Assembly: GCA_017539905.1 (NCBI GenBank)
Contig: JAFYBZ010000014.1
Location: forward strand, 184,312-248,311
Reading direction: 5' to 3'
Source of the DNA: Clostridia bacterium
GTDB lineage: Bacteria; Bacillota; Clostridia; TANB77; UBA1234
DNA: 64,000 bases
Positions 47,111-56,664 of this stretch are shown in pieces. Under the pieces are notes generated by a model. It did no database searches and had not been told where the DNA came from. It worked only from the letters and a program-made list of their open reading frames with translations. Position 1 is the first letter of the stretch; every line of letters starts with the position of its first letter. A program made the translations under genes and the position numbers.

Positions 47111-47140
47111 AAAAGACAACCATTAAATGGTTGTCTTTTA
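47111..47140 (+). terminator. terminator AGACAACCA-ttaaa-TGGTTGTCT followed by TTT
   Basis: Read directly. Confidence 0.5.
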
Positions 47141-47143
47141 TTG

Positions 47144-47590
47144 TTAAAGAACGAACAAATTCAAAATTGCAACTAAATAACAAACTGATATTAGAATCAA
47201 AAAGCCACCAATAATAGTAATTAAAGCAAGTGGAAGCCCTCTAATTCTTTTATAAGTTAATACTCTATTATATACAAATGTTTCTATCATTATTGGAATT
47301 ACTATCAGTAATATAACAGATATGATTTCAGTAATATAATTCATACTTATTAGGCCAAGAAATTTAATAATAAAGTAATCTATAAATGCAAACATAAAAT
47401 TCAGTACAGCAATCACAGCTCTGTCTTTTGATTTCATTTTCATAAACAAAGTAGGCAACACAATAAACAAGCAAATAAACATTCCTAGAATTATTGCGAC
47501 AAAAGCATCCAAAAAAGCACCCACAGCAGTATTAAATAAAAAACTTGCTGCAAAAGATGTACTTGGTACAGACACCATCCCAATTCCCAT
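47144..47590 (-). CDS. polytopic membrane protein
   Basis: 148 aa, four hydrophobic segments. Confidence 0.5.
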   Translation of the reverse strand: MGIGMVSVPSTSFAASFLFNTAVGAFLDAFVAIILGMFICLFIVLPTLFMKMKSKDRAVIAVLNFMFAFIDYFIIKFLGLISMNYITEIISVILLIVIPIMIETFVYNRVLTYKRIRGLPLALITIIGGFLILISVCYLVAILNLFVL

Positions 47591-47593
47591 ATA

Positions 47594-47938
47594 CTATTCT
47601 CCCCCTTGTTCTTCACTTGAGCCTTCAGATGATTCTCCAGCTGGAGTTTCGTCAGTTGCTTCTTTTGGAGCTTCAACATGTTCTTTTGCAGGTTCTTCTT
47701 TTACTTCTTCCTTATTTTCCGCATTCTTTTTATTACTTCTATAAATTAAAACAATTATTAAAATACATATAAATAATACAAGTGCAATGATTCCAACCAT
47801 AGCATAATAATATGATGCAGTATAATCACTTATTGTTGGTACAGCAACATGATCTGCATATATAACGCTAGTACCTAAAATTGCACTCATAACCAGTATT
47901 AATAAAACACTACTAAAAATTCTTTTAAAATTTTTCAT
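47594..47938 (-). CDS. membrane-anchored protein with acidic Glu/Pro tail
   Basis: Two transmembrane segments then EEVKEEPAKEHVEAPKEATDE. Confidence 0.45.
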   Translation of the reverse strand: MKNFKRIFSSVLLILVMSAILGTSVIYADHVAVPTISDYTASYYYAMVGIIALVLFICILIIVLIYRSNKKNAENKEEVKEEPAKEHVEAPKEATDETPAGESSEGSSEEQGGE

Positions 47939-48055
47939 TTTAATTCCCCCGTTTTTAAGAATTCATTAAAATTATATCACAACACTAGTATATTCAATGA
48001 AAATATGTGTAAAATTAATATAAAATAAACAATAATGTTACATTGGAGTACTAAA

Positions 48056-48946
48056 ATGAAAAAAACTATAATTATGAAAGTGCTGGGCGCTATTATAATC
48101 ATCACTTTAATTGCAATCTTGTTAAATATTCTAAGCTACTTACCAAAAGAAGTAGATTATAATGCCTATGCCCCATTTTCACTGTTTTCCTATAATATAA
48201 AAGCAGATAGATTTACAAAGATAGATTCAAATATTCCTAAAATAAATGCAGCTGTTGCTACATACCCTTTTGCATCATCGCTTGTTGAAAGCACTATTAG
48301 TAAAGAATCTTATAATAATGAATTACAGCATGTTTCAACTACGCAAGCTTATCAAGATATTATTAATAATGTTGTGGATATTTCAATTGCATCTGAAACA
48401 AATCAAGAGAATCGAGATGCTGTAGAATTAGATTCAGATATTGTGCTAGTTCCAATCGCAAAAGAAGAATTAGTAATCTATGTGAATAAAGATAATCCTA
48501 TATCCTTTATATCGATTGAGGAGTTAAACAACATTTATAGTGGAAAAATTTCTAATTGGAAAGGACTTGGCGGAAAGGATGAAAAAATCTATCCTTATCA
48601 ATTAAAGCCAAACGTTGGCGGTAGTGAAGAATGTTTTGCAAGAGCAGTTCCAAAGAATACTACATATAATAATTCCGAATTGGTTGCGTACGACATGAAA
48701 AACATCATCGATTTAACTGCAGGCAGTAAAGGCGGAATCGGATATGCATTTAACCTTTTCTATTCAAAGCTTTATAATCAAAAAATGCTTAAAAAAATAG
48801 CAACGGATACACCATTGCTATATAATGTTTATTTTATTTATCGAAAATCAAATGCTAATCCAAATATCGAAAAAATCCTAACTTGGCTTTTATCAGATGA
48901 TGGACAAAACTTCGTCACTAAATGCGGCTACGCGCCAATTAAATAA
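48056..48946 (+). CDS. PstS-like phosphate-binding (PBP superfamily) lipoprotein or anchored protein
   Basis: ELNNIYSGKISNWKGLGGKDEKI resembles the PstS signature. GGAG RBS. Confidence 0.55.
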   Translation: MKKTIIMKVLGAIIIITLIAILLNILSYLPKEVDYNAYAPFSLFSYNIKADRFTKIDSNIPKINAAVATYPFASSLVESTISKESYNNELQHVSTTQAYQDIINNVVDISIASETNQENRDAVELDSDIVLVPIAKEELVIYVNKDNPISFISIEELNNIYSGKISNWKGLGGKDEKIYPYQLKPNVGGSEECFARAVPKNTTYNNSELVAYDMKNIIDLTAGSKGGIGYAFNLFYSKLYNQKMLKKIATDTPLLYNVYFIYRKSNANPNIEKILTWLLSDDGQNFVTKCGYAPIK

Positions 48947-48950
48947 TATG

Positions 48951-49505
48951 CTAAAAATCGCCTGATTCGCCGCTAAAATCGCCTGATTCGCCGCTTATCT
49001 GTATGTCCATTACTTGCTGATTATCTAAATACTTTCCCTCTTCGTTCATTCTAATTGTACAAAGTTCATCACCAGATAATCCAGCAAGTATCCACAAATC
49101 TTCACCGGAGTTTAAGCCTACTTTAATGTTTACACTTCCAGGATATGCAACTACTAATGGATCACCAGACTTTGTATAATATCCATCGTAATAAGGAATA
49201 TCATCTAATCTATATCCATTTGAAAATTCAACATCTACACTGTCACCATACTCAAAACCAAGTGCATTAAAATATGGAATTGATGTTTTAACATATACTC
49301 CACCAAATTTAGTATCATATAAAATGTTTGCATCTTCAAGAGCTATGCTACTCTTTTTCTCTACTTCTCCTGAGTCAACACTAGTATCTTTATATAATTT
49401 CGCAGGCTCTTTATGATTAATAATATACATTCCCGTTGCAATTATTATTGCAAAAACAATTATATAGATAATCTTTGCAAAATTTTTGTTATCATTTGTA
49501 TCCAT
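48951..49505 (-). CDS. membrane-anchored hypothetical protein ending in tandem SGESGDF repeats
   Basis: The 3' end contains a 21-bp perfect tandem duplication at 48955-48996. Confidence 0.5.
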   Translation of the reverse strand: MDTNDNKNFAKIIYIIVFAIIIATGMYIINHKEPAKLYKDTSVDSGEVEKKSSIALEDANILYDTKFGGVYVKTSIPYFNALGFEYGDSVDVEFSNGYRLDDIPYYDGYYTKSGDPLVVAYPGSVNIKVGLNSGEDLWILAGLSGDELCTIRMNEEGKYLDNQQVMDIQISGESGDFSGESGDF

Positions 49506-49565
49506 AAGTTGATTTCTCCTTTGTTATTATTTTTCCATTACTCTTTCTAGTGTTAAAAGTAGCTT

Positions 49566-50105
49566 TTATAAATCTTTTCTTAAAACTAGTCTTGGTCCTC
49601 TTTTCAATTCTACTTTTGTCGAAATCTCAAAATTTTTCTTTAAAAGATTTCTCAACGAATAAACATTTTCTGGATCAACTGTTCCTAAGCAGTGCTTATA
49701 TCCTTGTCCCACAGCAATTCTTTCTAAGTATTCTAAAACATCCATTTGTAGTCCATTGCCGATATAATCTGGATGAACCATCTCAGGGCCAAAGTCCACT
49801 ACTTCTTTATATTCCAAATCATCTTGCATGAATTTTGTTAAATCTTTCTTTCTAGCTGGAATTAACATGCCACAAGCAACAAATTGATCTATACTTGTAA
49901 ACTTTTTATTCATATTTTCAAAATTTGTCCATATATAAATTGCTGCGCCATTGTTAAACATTCTAATGTAGTCTCTTTTAACGAATTCACCTAACCACTC
50001 TGGATGCTCCATGTTCTTTTTAACATGTCTTACAAATTTCATATATGTACTTAATTCATCTTCTTTTAATTTTCTAACAAATAATTTAGATTTATCTATT
50101 TTCAT
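49566..50105 (-). CDS. GNAT-family N-acetyltransferase
   Basis: 179 aa with the acetyl-CoA-binding region ...RIAVGQGYKHCLGTV.... Confidence 0.6.
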   Translation of the reverse strand: MKIDKSKLFVRKLKEDELSTYMKFVRHVKKNMEHPEWLGEFVKRDYIRMFNNGAAIYIWTNFENMNKKFTSIDQFVACGMLIPARKKDLTKFMQDDLEYKEVVDFGPEMVHPDYIGNGLQMDVLEYLERIAVGQGYKHCLGTVDPENVYSLRNLLKKNFEISTKVELKRGPRLVLRKDL

Positions 50106-50283
50106 TTCTTACTTCCTTTTGGCTATTGGCCACACTTCTTATTATATAAAATTATACTTTACAGCCCAAAAGTTTACAAGAAAAGTTGTACAAAAACCTG
50201 TTGGATTCCTATTTTTTTCTTTATTTTTGGCAAATTTCATGCTATAATGATGCTCGATGACTGAATAAAAAGGAGTTTTGAGA

Positions 50284-51129
50284 ATGAAAAAATTTATATT
50301 TGCTTTATGTGTTTTATTTATCCTTTCTTCTTGTGCCTTCGCACTTGAGCTTACAATTGATGGTGAGACAAAAGAATATACTGGTCCTAACGTTACATTA
50401 GTATTAAATGACTTTGTATTCGAAGTTGGAGAAAACCAAATGCCTCCCGTTATCATAGACGGAAGGACTCTAGTTCCAGTAAGAGAAATCTTTGAAACTC
50501 TTGGTGGAAAAGTTGATTGGGACAAAGAAGCTAAAAAAGCTACTATTTGGATGGGTGAAAACACTATTGAACTAGAAATAAATAGCAATTTAGCTGGTGT
50601 TAACGGAGTTGCAAAAGACTTAGATGTACCTGCTAAAATAATTAATAACAAGACTATGGTTCCTGTTAGATTCATTTCAGAAAATTGTGGATTATTAGTT
50701 GAGTGGGATTCAGAAACAAAAACAGTATCTGTTAATAAGCCTTCTAAAGAAGTACAACCTTCTGGAGAAGAATTAATTGAAATTGAAACTTCTGGCGAAG
50801 AAAACATCGTAATTGCTGAAGAAATCCCATTCAATATTAGAAACTTTAATGAGAAGTTTTCAAAGAGCTTTGGTACTAATAAGAGCATTAACAGCACCTA
50901 TCAACTATGTGACTATGTTGCAATTAGTAACCAAATGACTGAAGGAAATGACATCACAGTAGAATATACTGATGAAAAAGGTAATGTTACCTCTTCTAGT
51001 GACTTTGCAGTCATTAAAGATATTAAAGTAAGAATATTAAAAACAACAAATACAAGATATGATGTTTCTGGTGAATATCGTGAAGATGGTTATCTAGATA
51101 AAATCATCATTAAATATGTAGTTAAATAA
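50284..51129 (+). CDS. secreted protein with copper-amine-oxidase N-terminal-like (stalk) repeats
   Basis: Signal peptide. Repeated RTLVPVREI...LGGKVDWD and KTMVPVRFISE...VEWD. Extended -10 TGCTATAAT and GGAG RBS. Confidence 0.65.
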   Translation: MKKFIFALCVLFILSSCAFALELTIDGETKEYTGPNVTLVLNDFVFEVGENQMPPVIIDGRTLVPVREIFETLGGKVDWDKEAKKATIWMGENTIELEINSNLAGVNGVAKDLDVPAKIINNKTMVPVRFISENCGLLVEWDSETKTVSVNKPSKEVQPSGEELIEIETSGEENIVIAEEIPFNIRNFNEKFSKSFGTNKSINSTYQLCDYVAISNQMTEGNDITVEYTDEKGNVTSSSDFAVIKDIKVRILKTTNTRYDVSGEYREDGYLDKIIIKYVVK

Positions 51130-51164
51130 AAATAAAAGGTGTCTATTTCTAGACACCTTTTTTA

Positions 51165-51839
51165 TTATATTGAATAACCTAAATTAAAAATCAAATCGTA
51201 TAGTTTATATGTTGGAACTAATGATGTAGATACTGAATCACCTAGAGTGACAATTCCTACTACTTCTCCATTCTCGTTTAATGCAGGTCCACCACTATTT
51301 CCACTATATACAACATTTGTAATATCAATATAAGAATTATTTTTATACTGTGCATTTGTATCAATAACTTTTCCACTTGTTACTGTATAGTTTGTCGAAT
51401 AACCACATGTATAAATATTCTCATTCTTTTTAACATCAAATGATAATGGCAACTTTTTATAATCAAATTCATCGTCTGATGTAATTATTGCAATATCATT
51501 TTTCTCATCAAATGCAACAATTTTTGCTCTATATGCATATTCATCTTCTCTTATTGTTATAAAAATCTTTTCTGCATCTCTTACAACATGATAATTAGTT
51601 ACAATTGTTTTTTTATCATCAATAAAGAAACCTGTTCCAAAAGAGCCTCCACTATTTCTTACTGTGATAATTTGAACAACAGACTTTTGTAAGTTTTCAA
51701 AGTAATACATTTCTTTTTGAGTATTTACTTGTGATTTGTATTCTAAGTTATCTTTAGTATAACCTCTTCCACCAGAAATTATTAAAAATAATATCATTAG
51801 TATAAAAGAGGTAAAAAAAGCTAAAGACAACTTTTTCAT
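51165..51839 (-). CDS. trypsin-like (S1) serine protease with N-terminal anchor
   Basis: TNYHVV (His) and GNSGGP (Ser) motifs. Confidence 0.7.
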   Translation of the reverse strand: MKKLSLAFFTSFILMILFLIISGGRGYTKDNLEYKSQVNTQKEMYYFENLQKSVVQIITVRNSGGSFGTGFFIDDKKTIVTNYHVVRDAEKIFITIREDEYAYRAKIVAFDEKNDIAIITSDDEFDYKKLPLSFDVKKNENIYTCGYSTNYTVTSGKVIDTNAQYKNNSYIDITNVVYSGNSGGPALNENGEVVGIVTLGDSVSTSLVPTYKLYDLIFNLGYSI

Positions 51840-51925
51840 CTTTAAACTACCCCCAAACGTGAGGCAATTATATAACGTGTTTACATAATTTGCAAGCATT
51901 ATTTACATTTTTTTAACAAAAGCTC

Positions 51926-51956
51926 AAAAAAAAGCGCCGTTTTAGGCGCTTTTTAA
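51926..51956. terminator. bidirectional terminator AAAAAAGCGCC-gtttta-GGCGCTTTTT
   Basis: Read directly. Confidence 0.5.
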
Positions 51957-51972
51957 TCATTTTTTGCTGTTT

Positions 51973-53085
51973 TTATGCAGCTGCTTGTGTACCCTTCTTC
52001 TTTTTAAGTAGTACTACGATTCCAACAATAGCAGCTATTATTATAGCTATAAATATAATAGCTAGTACTGGTCTATAAATGAACCAGAATACGATTATAA
52101 TTACTAATGAGTGAATTACTGCTAGTAAGAAAGCTATACCGCTTAAAGCCCAACCAACAATTGATCCAAGAACTGGAATCTTGTTAGTAAATCTAGTAAT
52201 GAAGCTAATTAATGATAGATATCCAAATAGAATCATAAGTGCTCCAACAGCTCTTAAAATCCACTTTAACATGTTGTTTTCATTTTGTTGATTTCTGCAT
52301 AGCTCATCTTTTGATAGTAAGCCCTTGTCTACTCTATTAATTGAATTAGCACTATCACTTGATTTGAAATCTTTAAATGAATTTCCTGCTACTGTTGCTG
52401 CTACACTTGCTTCTGTCCAATCATTATACTTCCAAATAATTCTTATATCTCCAATATTTGGATTTTCTAGGTTTCTAGCGTTAGTCATATAGTGACCTTG
52501 CTTTGTGTATCCATCAATGATTGCATCTTGTGAGAAATCATATTCTGCATCAATTGCAATATACTCAATTTGATCTGCACTTAAATTATATGCTCCAACT
52601 TTTACATCTTTTGCAAAATATTCATCTGTTTTAAATGGCATTGATTTTGGATTTTCTGCATTCTTTTGAGTATCGTGAGAAACATCTAAAACTTTATCTG
52701 ACCAAACTTTGCTGTAACGATATGTTGTACGGCCATCATCGTTTTCTTCTTTTTCTTCCCATTGATACATTTCAACAATTCTCTTTAAACGAGCTGTCTT
52801 AACTGCAACATTGAATTCATCATCTTGTAATGGCTCATCAACTACTGTTAATTTACCATTAGTAGTAACTGCTTTTCCATCATATTGTGGATCAACTGTT
52901 TCACTACTAATTTCAACAGCTTCTTTTTCAAAAGCAGCAAGCACTTTAATATTTTGAACATTATTGTACTCATTCCAAGCTAATAGAATTGTACCTATTA
53001 GAATTAATAATAATGCTCCTAAAAAGCTATTGCCTTTTTTCTTTTGACCATTACCTGCTGTAAAATTGTTTAAATTAATTTCCAT
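51973..53085 (-). CDS. membrane protein (N-terminal and C-terminal transmembrane regions, large extracytoplasmic domain)
   Basis: 370 aa. No family recognised. Confidence 0.5.
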   Translation of the reverse strand: MEINLNNFTAGNGQKKKGNSFLGALLLILIGTILLAWNEYNNVQNIKVLAAFEKEAVEISSETVDPQYDGKAVTTNGKLTVVDEPLQDDEFNVAVKTARLKRIVEMYQWEEKEENDDGRTTYRYSKVWSDKVLDVSHDTQKNAENPKSMPFKTDEYFAKDVKVGAYNLSADQIEYIAIDAEYDFSQDAIIDGYTKQGHYMTNARNLENPNIGDIRIIWKYNDWTEASVAATVAGNSFKDFKSSDSANSINRVDKGLLSKDELCRNQQNENNMLKWILRAVGALMILFGYLSLISFITRFTNKIPVLGSIVGWALSGIAFLLAVIHSLVIIIVFWFIYRPVLAIIFIAIIIAAIVGIVVLLKKKKGTQAAA

Positions 53086-53185
53086 ATTCCATCCTCCCCA
53101 GGATTTAATTTATCAATTTTTATTCTATAATAATATAAAAATAAAAACAATACGCCTTTACACATTTTTGTAAAGGCGTATTGCT

Positions 53186-54382
53186 TTAAGCCAATAGTTC
53201 ATTCATTTCGTCAATGATTTGTTGCTTGTCCATATTTTTTCCAATGAATACAAGCTTAATCATTCTATCGCCAACTTCTTCATCCCATTCTTTTAATGCA
53301 TCTGGTTGAGAAGCTATAAGTTTTTTAAGTTCATCTTTTGGTGCAGTTGCTAGCCAAAATCCTGCTTCATTTAATTTCATTTGTTTTCCTGCTTGTTCAA
53401 ATAAATATGACATATCATAATCATTTGCAAACCAAACTAATCCTTTGCAACGAATTACTTCTTTTGGAAATCTTGTATTAACATACTCTTCGAATTTTCT
53501 AGAATTAAATGGTTTTCTAGACATATATACGAAAGTAGAAATACCATACTCCTCTGCTTCACCTTCATCGTTGTGCTCGTGGTGATGATGGTGGTGTTCA
53601 TGATGCTCATGTTCATCTTTACTATGGTCTTCGTTTACTTCTTTATCTAATCCTGCAACCCATCCTGCTGATGATGCAGTTTTTTCAAAATCGAAATTGT
53701 TAGTATCAATTACTGCTTCTACATTGACTTTTGCATAATTTGTCTCGATAATTTTTGCTTCTGGGTGAAGATTCTTAATTACTTCTTTTACTTCTTCTAG
53801 TTGTTCTTTTGTTACTTCATCAATTTTATTTAGAATAATCAAGTCACAAAACTCAATTTGTTGAATTAGAAGATTTTCAATATCTTCATCATCTAAATCA
53901 TCTTTTTCTAAATCTCTTCCTGAGCCAAATTCATCAACTAATCTTAGAGCATCTACAACTGTAACAACATTATCCAATTTGCAAATCTTTCTTCCTGCTT
54001 GTTTTTCTAATTGATCTTCTAGGAAAGAAATTGTTTGTGCAATTGGAAGTGGTTCGCAAATACCAGAAGCCTCGATTAAAATGTAATCAAATTTTTGAGT
54101 TTTTAAGATATCTACTATTTGATTTATTAAATCTTCTTTTAATGTACAACAAATACATCCATTTGAAAGTGGAACTACATTGCCTTTATCCTCTTCATTT
54201 ATTAGTCCGCCATCTGCAATTAATTTTGCATCTATATTTACTTCACCAATATCATTTACAATTACAGCTACTTTATAACCTTCTTGATTTGTTAGGATAT
54301 GATTCATAAGTGTAGTTTTTCCAGCACCTAAGTAACCTGTTAAAACTGTAATTGGAACTACTTTGTTCATTTTATTTGCCAC
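53186..54382 (-). CDS. CobW/COG0523-family GTPase (putative zinc metallochaperone) with His-rich insert
   Basis: P-loop GYLGAGKTT. GCICCTLKEDL contains the CxCC motif. HHEHHHHHHEH stretch. Confidence 0.8.
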   Translation of the reverse strand: MANKMNKVVPITVLTGYLGAGKTTLMNHILTNQEGYKVAVIVNDIGEVNIDAKLIADGGLINEEDKGNVVPLSNGCICCTLKEDLINQIVDILKTQKFDYILIEASGICEPLPIAQTISFLEDQLEKQAGRKICKLDNVVTVVDALRLVDEFGSGRDLEKDDLDDEDIENLLIQQIEFCDLIILNKIDEVTKEQLEEVKEVIKNLHPEAKIIETNYAKVNVEAVIDTNNFDFEKTASSAGWVAGLDKEVNEDHSKDEHEHHEHHHHHHEHNDEGEAEEYGISTFVYMSRKPFNSRKFEEYVNTRFPKEVIRCKGLVWFANDYDMSYLFEQAGKQMKLNEAGFWLATAPKDELKKLIASQPDALKEWDEEVGDRMIKLVFIGKNMDKQQIIDEMNELLA

Positions 54383-54511
54383 CTTTCTATATTATATGTC
54401 GATTAATAATCGCCGCTACATTTCATTTAAAAAGCCAAATGATAATTTATCATTTGGCTTACTTTATTAATGCATAATAGCACTTTTGGACATCATTTTC
54501 AAGTGATTAGC

Positions 54512-55018
54512 TTAAATTCCAGATTTCTTAACAGCCAATTCCACCATACTATCAATGTCCAGATTATCTGGGTGATCAATCATTCTAAGGAATTCACACT
54601 CGAATTTTTCTCTCCTTTTCGGAGTGAGCATCTTACCCATCATGGTATCTTTGATTGTTCTATAGTAGTCTTTGACAAATACTTTTCCACCTTTTTGACT
54701 TCTTAGTACAACCTTATATACGGGATCAACATTCACATATTCAGAGCCAGAAGATTCTAGAAAAGTTCGATGAGAACCTCCACAATAAATAAACTCTGCT
54801 GTAAATTTCGGAATCTTGGCAAAATCACAATTCCTGAATACCACTTTGTTTCCACATTTAATAGTAACAATATCTTTCAAAGAAAATCTCGCAGTATTAT
54901 TTTTGGGACCAAAAACAAAACTAATTTTTGAACCATTTCGAAGGTCAAAAACATAGCTCTTATTCCTTGCCTCACTCAGAATGCTTTTTAGATACCGTTC
55001 CTTATTGTGGTTCACCAT
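54512..55018 (-). CDS. hypothetical protein
   Basis: Start at MVNHNKERY after AAAGGAGAG. Confidence 0.45.
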   Translation of the reverse strand: MVNHNKERYLKSILSEARNKSYVFDLRNGSKISFVFGPKNNTARFSLKDIVTIKCGNKVVFRNCDFAKIPKFTAEFIYCGGSHRTFLESSGSEYVNVDPVYKVVLRSQKGGKVFVKDYYRTIKDTMMGKMLTPKRREKFECEFLRMIDHPDNLDIDSMVELAVKKSGI

Positions 55019-55134
55019 GCATCTCTCCTTTTGTGCTAATTCTTCACCAGCCAAATTGCTGGCGAGTTAGATAATGAAAAAACCAAGAGTAATTTTAACA
55101 CTCTTGGCTCTTTATGTCAACATTATGTATACTA

Positions 55135-56142
55135 CTATTTTAAGCTCATTTCTAAGCTTCCCTTACCATCTTTTGATTTAAAATGCCCAATTGCTCCATT
55201 AATTAAACAAAATCTTGGCTTAATATGGCTTACTTCTGTTTCCATTATTATTGGAATTTCTGTTCCTAATGCTCTTTGAACTGCTTCAACGTATGTAGTT
55301 CCTGTATGTGTGCTTTCAAACATTGTTCTTCCAAAAACAAATCCTTTTGCATATTTAAACCAACCTGATTCTCTAAGAGTCCACAATTCCGAATACAAAT
55401 CTTCTGTGCTTAAACCAAAATTATCAAAGTACCAAATTATTCCATCATCTTTATAGCGCTCGATAAAATCTTTAACAAAATCAAATCTCGTTCCATGAAA
55501 GAAAACTAAAGTATCAATACAACCGCCTATAAGTCTGCCTTCTATATCTACTTCACCATTTGGCGTTATCCACTTTGAATCTGTATTTAAAATTAGTCCT
55601 TCTTCACTTTCTTCATCGAAAGAAATTCTTTCGCATTTATCAAAGCTTTCTTGAACTGGAATATCACCCTTTATAATCTTTAAAGCATCTTGCAAACTTT
55701 TGTGAAGATTTTTATAACTAAATGCACCTGAATTGCATCCGTACATTGTAGCTATATCAAACTTTGTTGTTAAGTACATTAATAATAATGTTGGGTTAGA
55801 AAAACCAGAAAACCATTTTGTTTTATTGTTTGCTATTGTTTCCTTAATTATTTCATCATCAACATATGGAAGCATTTCCATTAAAAACTCTCCACCAGCT
55901 GCAGCAAATATAAAATCAATATCATCTCTTTTCATGAGCTCATTGAAATCATTTGCTCTAGTAGTTGGATCTGCAGATGGCTTCTTACCAGTTCTTACAT
56001 TTGGAGTTTCATATACATTATAACCTTCTTCTTTAAGATAATTTAAGGAAATATCATAAGAAGTATCATCTGGATTTTTTCCATCACTAGGTGCACAAAT
56101 TCCAATTGTGTCTCCTGGTTTTAAAAACTTTGGATAAATCAT
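55135..56142 (-). CDS. LD-carboxypeptidase (S66 family)
   Basis: GDTIGICAPS...FSGFSNPT(L) carries the Ser nucleophile motif. Size about 335 aa. Confidence 0.7.
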   Translation of the reverse strand: MIYPKFLKPGDTIGICAPSDGKNPDDTSYDISLNYLKEEGYNVYETPNVRTGKKPSADPTTRANDFNELMKRDDIDFIFAAAGGEFLMEMLPYVDDEIIKETIANNKTKWFSGFSNPTLLLMYLTTKFDIATMYGCNSGAFSYKNLHKSLQDALKIIKGDIPVQESFDKCERISFDEESEEGLILNTDSKWITPNGEVDIEGRLIGGCIDTLVFFHGTRFDFVKDFIERYKDDGIIWYFDNFGLSTEDLYSELWTLRESGWFKYAKGFVFGRTMFESTHTGTTYVEAVQRALGTEIPIIMETEVSHIKPRFCLINGAIGHFKSKDGKGSLEMSLK

Positions 56143-56546
56143 TTATTTGCCTCCTTACTTCTTTCAAGTGATGAAAGCAACTTTTGACAATACTCTTTAT
56201 TTAATACTACTTGATTTAAATTATTGTCATGATTTAAACACATGCCACTACAAAGTGGAGTCATAACAACATATTCTAATATCTCTTTTATTGTTAAATA
56301 AACATACGAAACATCATCTTCTTTTTTGCTGTCATCTGTGCAAGCAATTAAATACTTTCCACCATCTTCCGCAGTTAAAGTTTTGATATCATATCCATCT
56401 CCACTCTCTTTACATGGAAGATATAATCCAAGATTTTTTTGAGTACATTCATTAAGTTGTAAAATGATTTCACTATAGTTATCTTGAATACTATGTGATT
56501 TATATGTTTCTATTAATCTTTCTAATTGAACTAATTCTTCTCTCAT
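56139..56546 (-). CDS. hypothetical protein (135 aa)
   Basis: ORF overlapping the downstream start by 4 nt. Confidence 0.45.
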   Translation of the reverse strand: MREELVQLERLIETYKSHSIQDNYSEIILQLNECTQKNLGLYLPCKESGDGYDIKTLTAEDGGKYLIACTDDSKKEDDVSYVYLTIKEILEYVVMTPLCSGMCLNHDNNLNQVVLNKEYCQKLLSSLERSKEANK

Positions 56547-56664
56547 AAAACACCTCGTAAGAATTATATACTATATTCCCTATTTCAACAACTTACATAA
56601 ATAAAAAAGTCATGCTTCAATTGAAGCATGACTACAATTATTATTTAGTAATAAATTCTTACAA

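Noticed and set aside
50142-50897. 251-aa minus-strand ORF
   Set aside because: It overlaps almost completely the plus-strand gene 50284..51129. That gene has a signal peptide, a promoter and RBS, and recognisable Cu-amine-oxidase-N-like repeats. The minus frame is low-complexity Ser/Thr/Leu.
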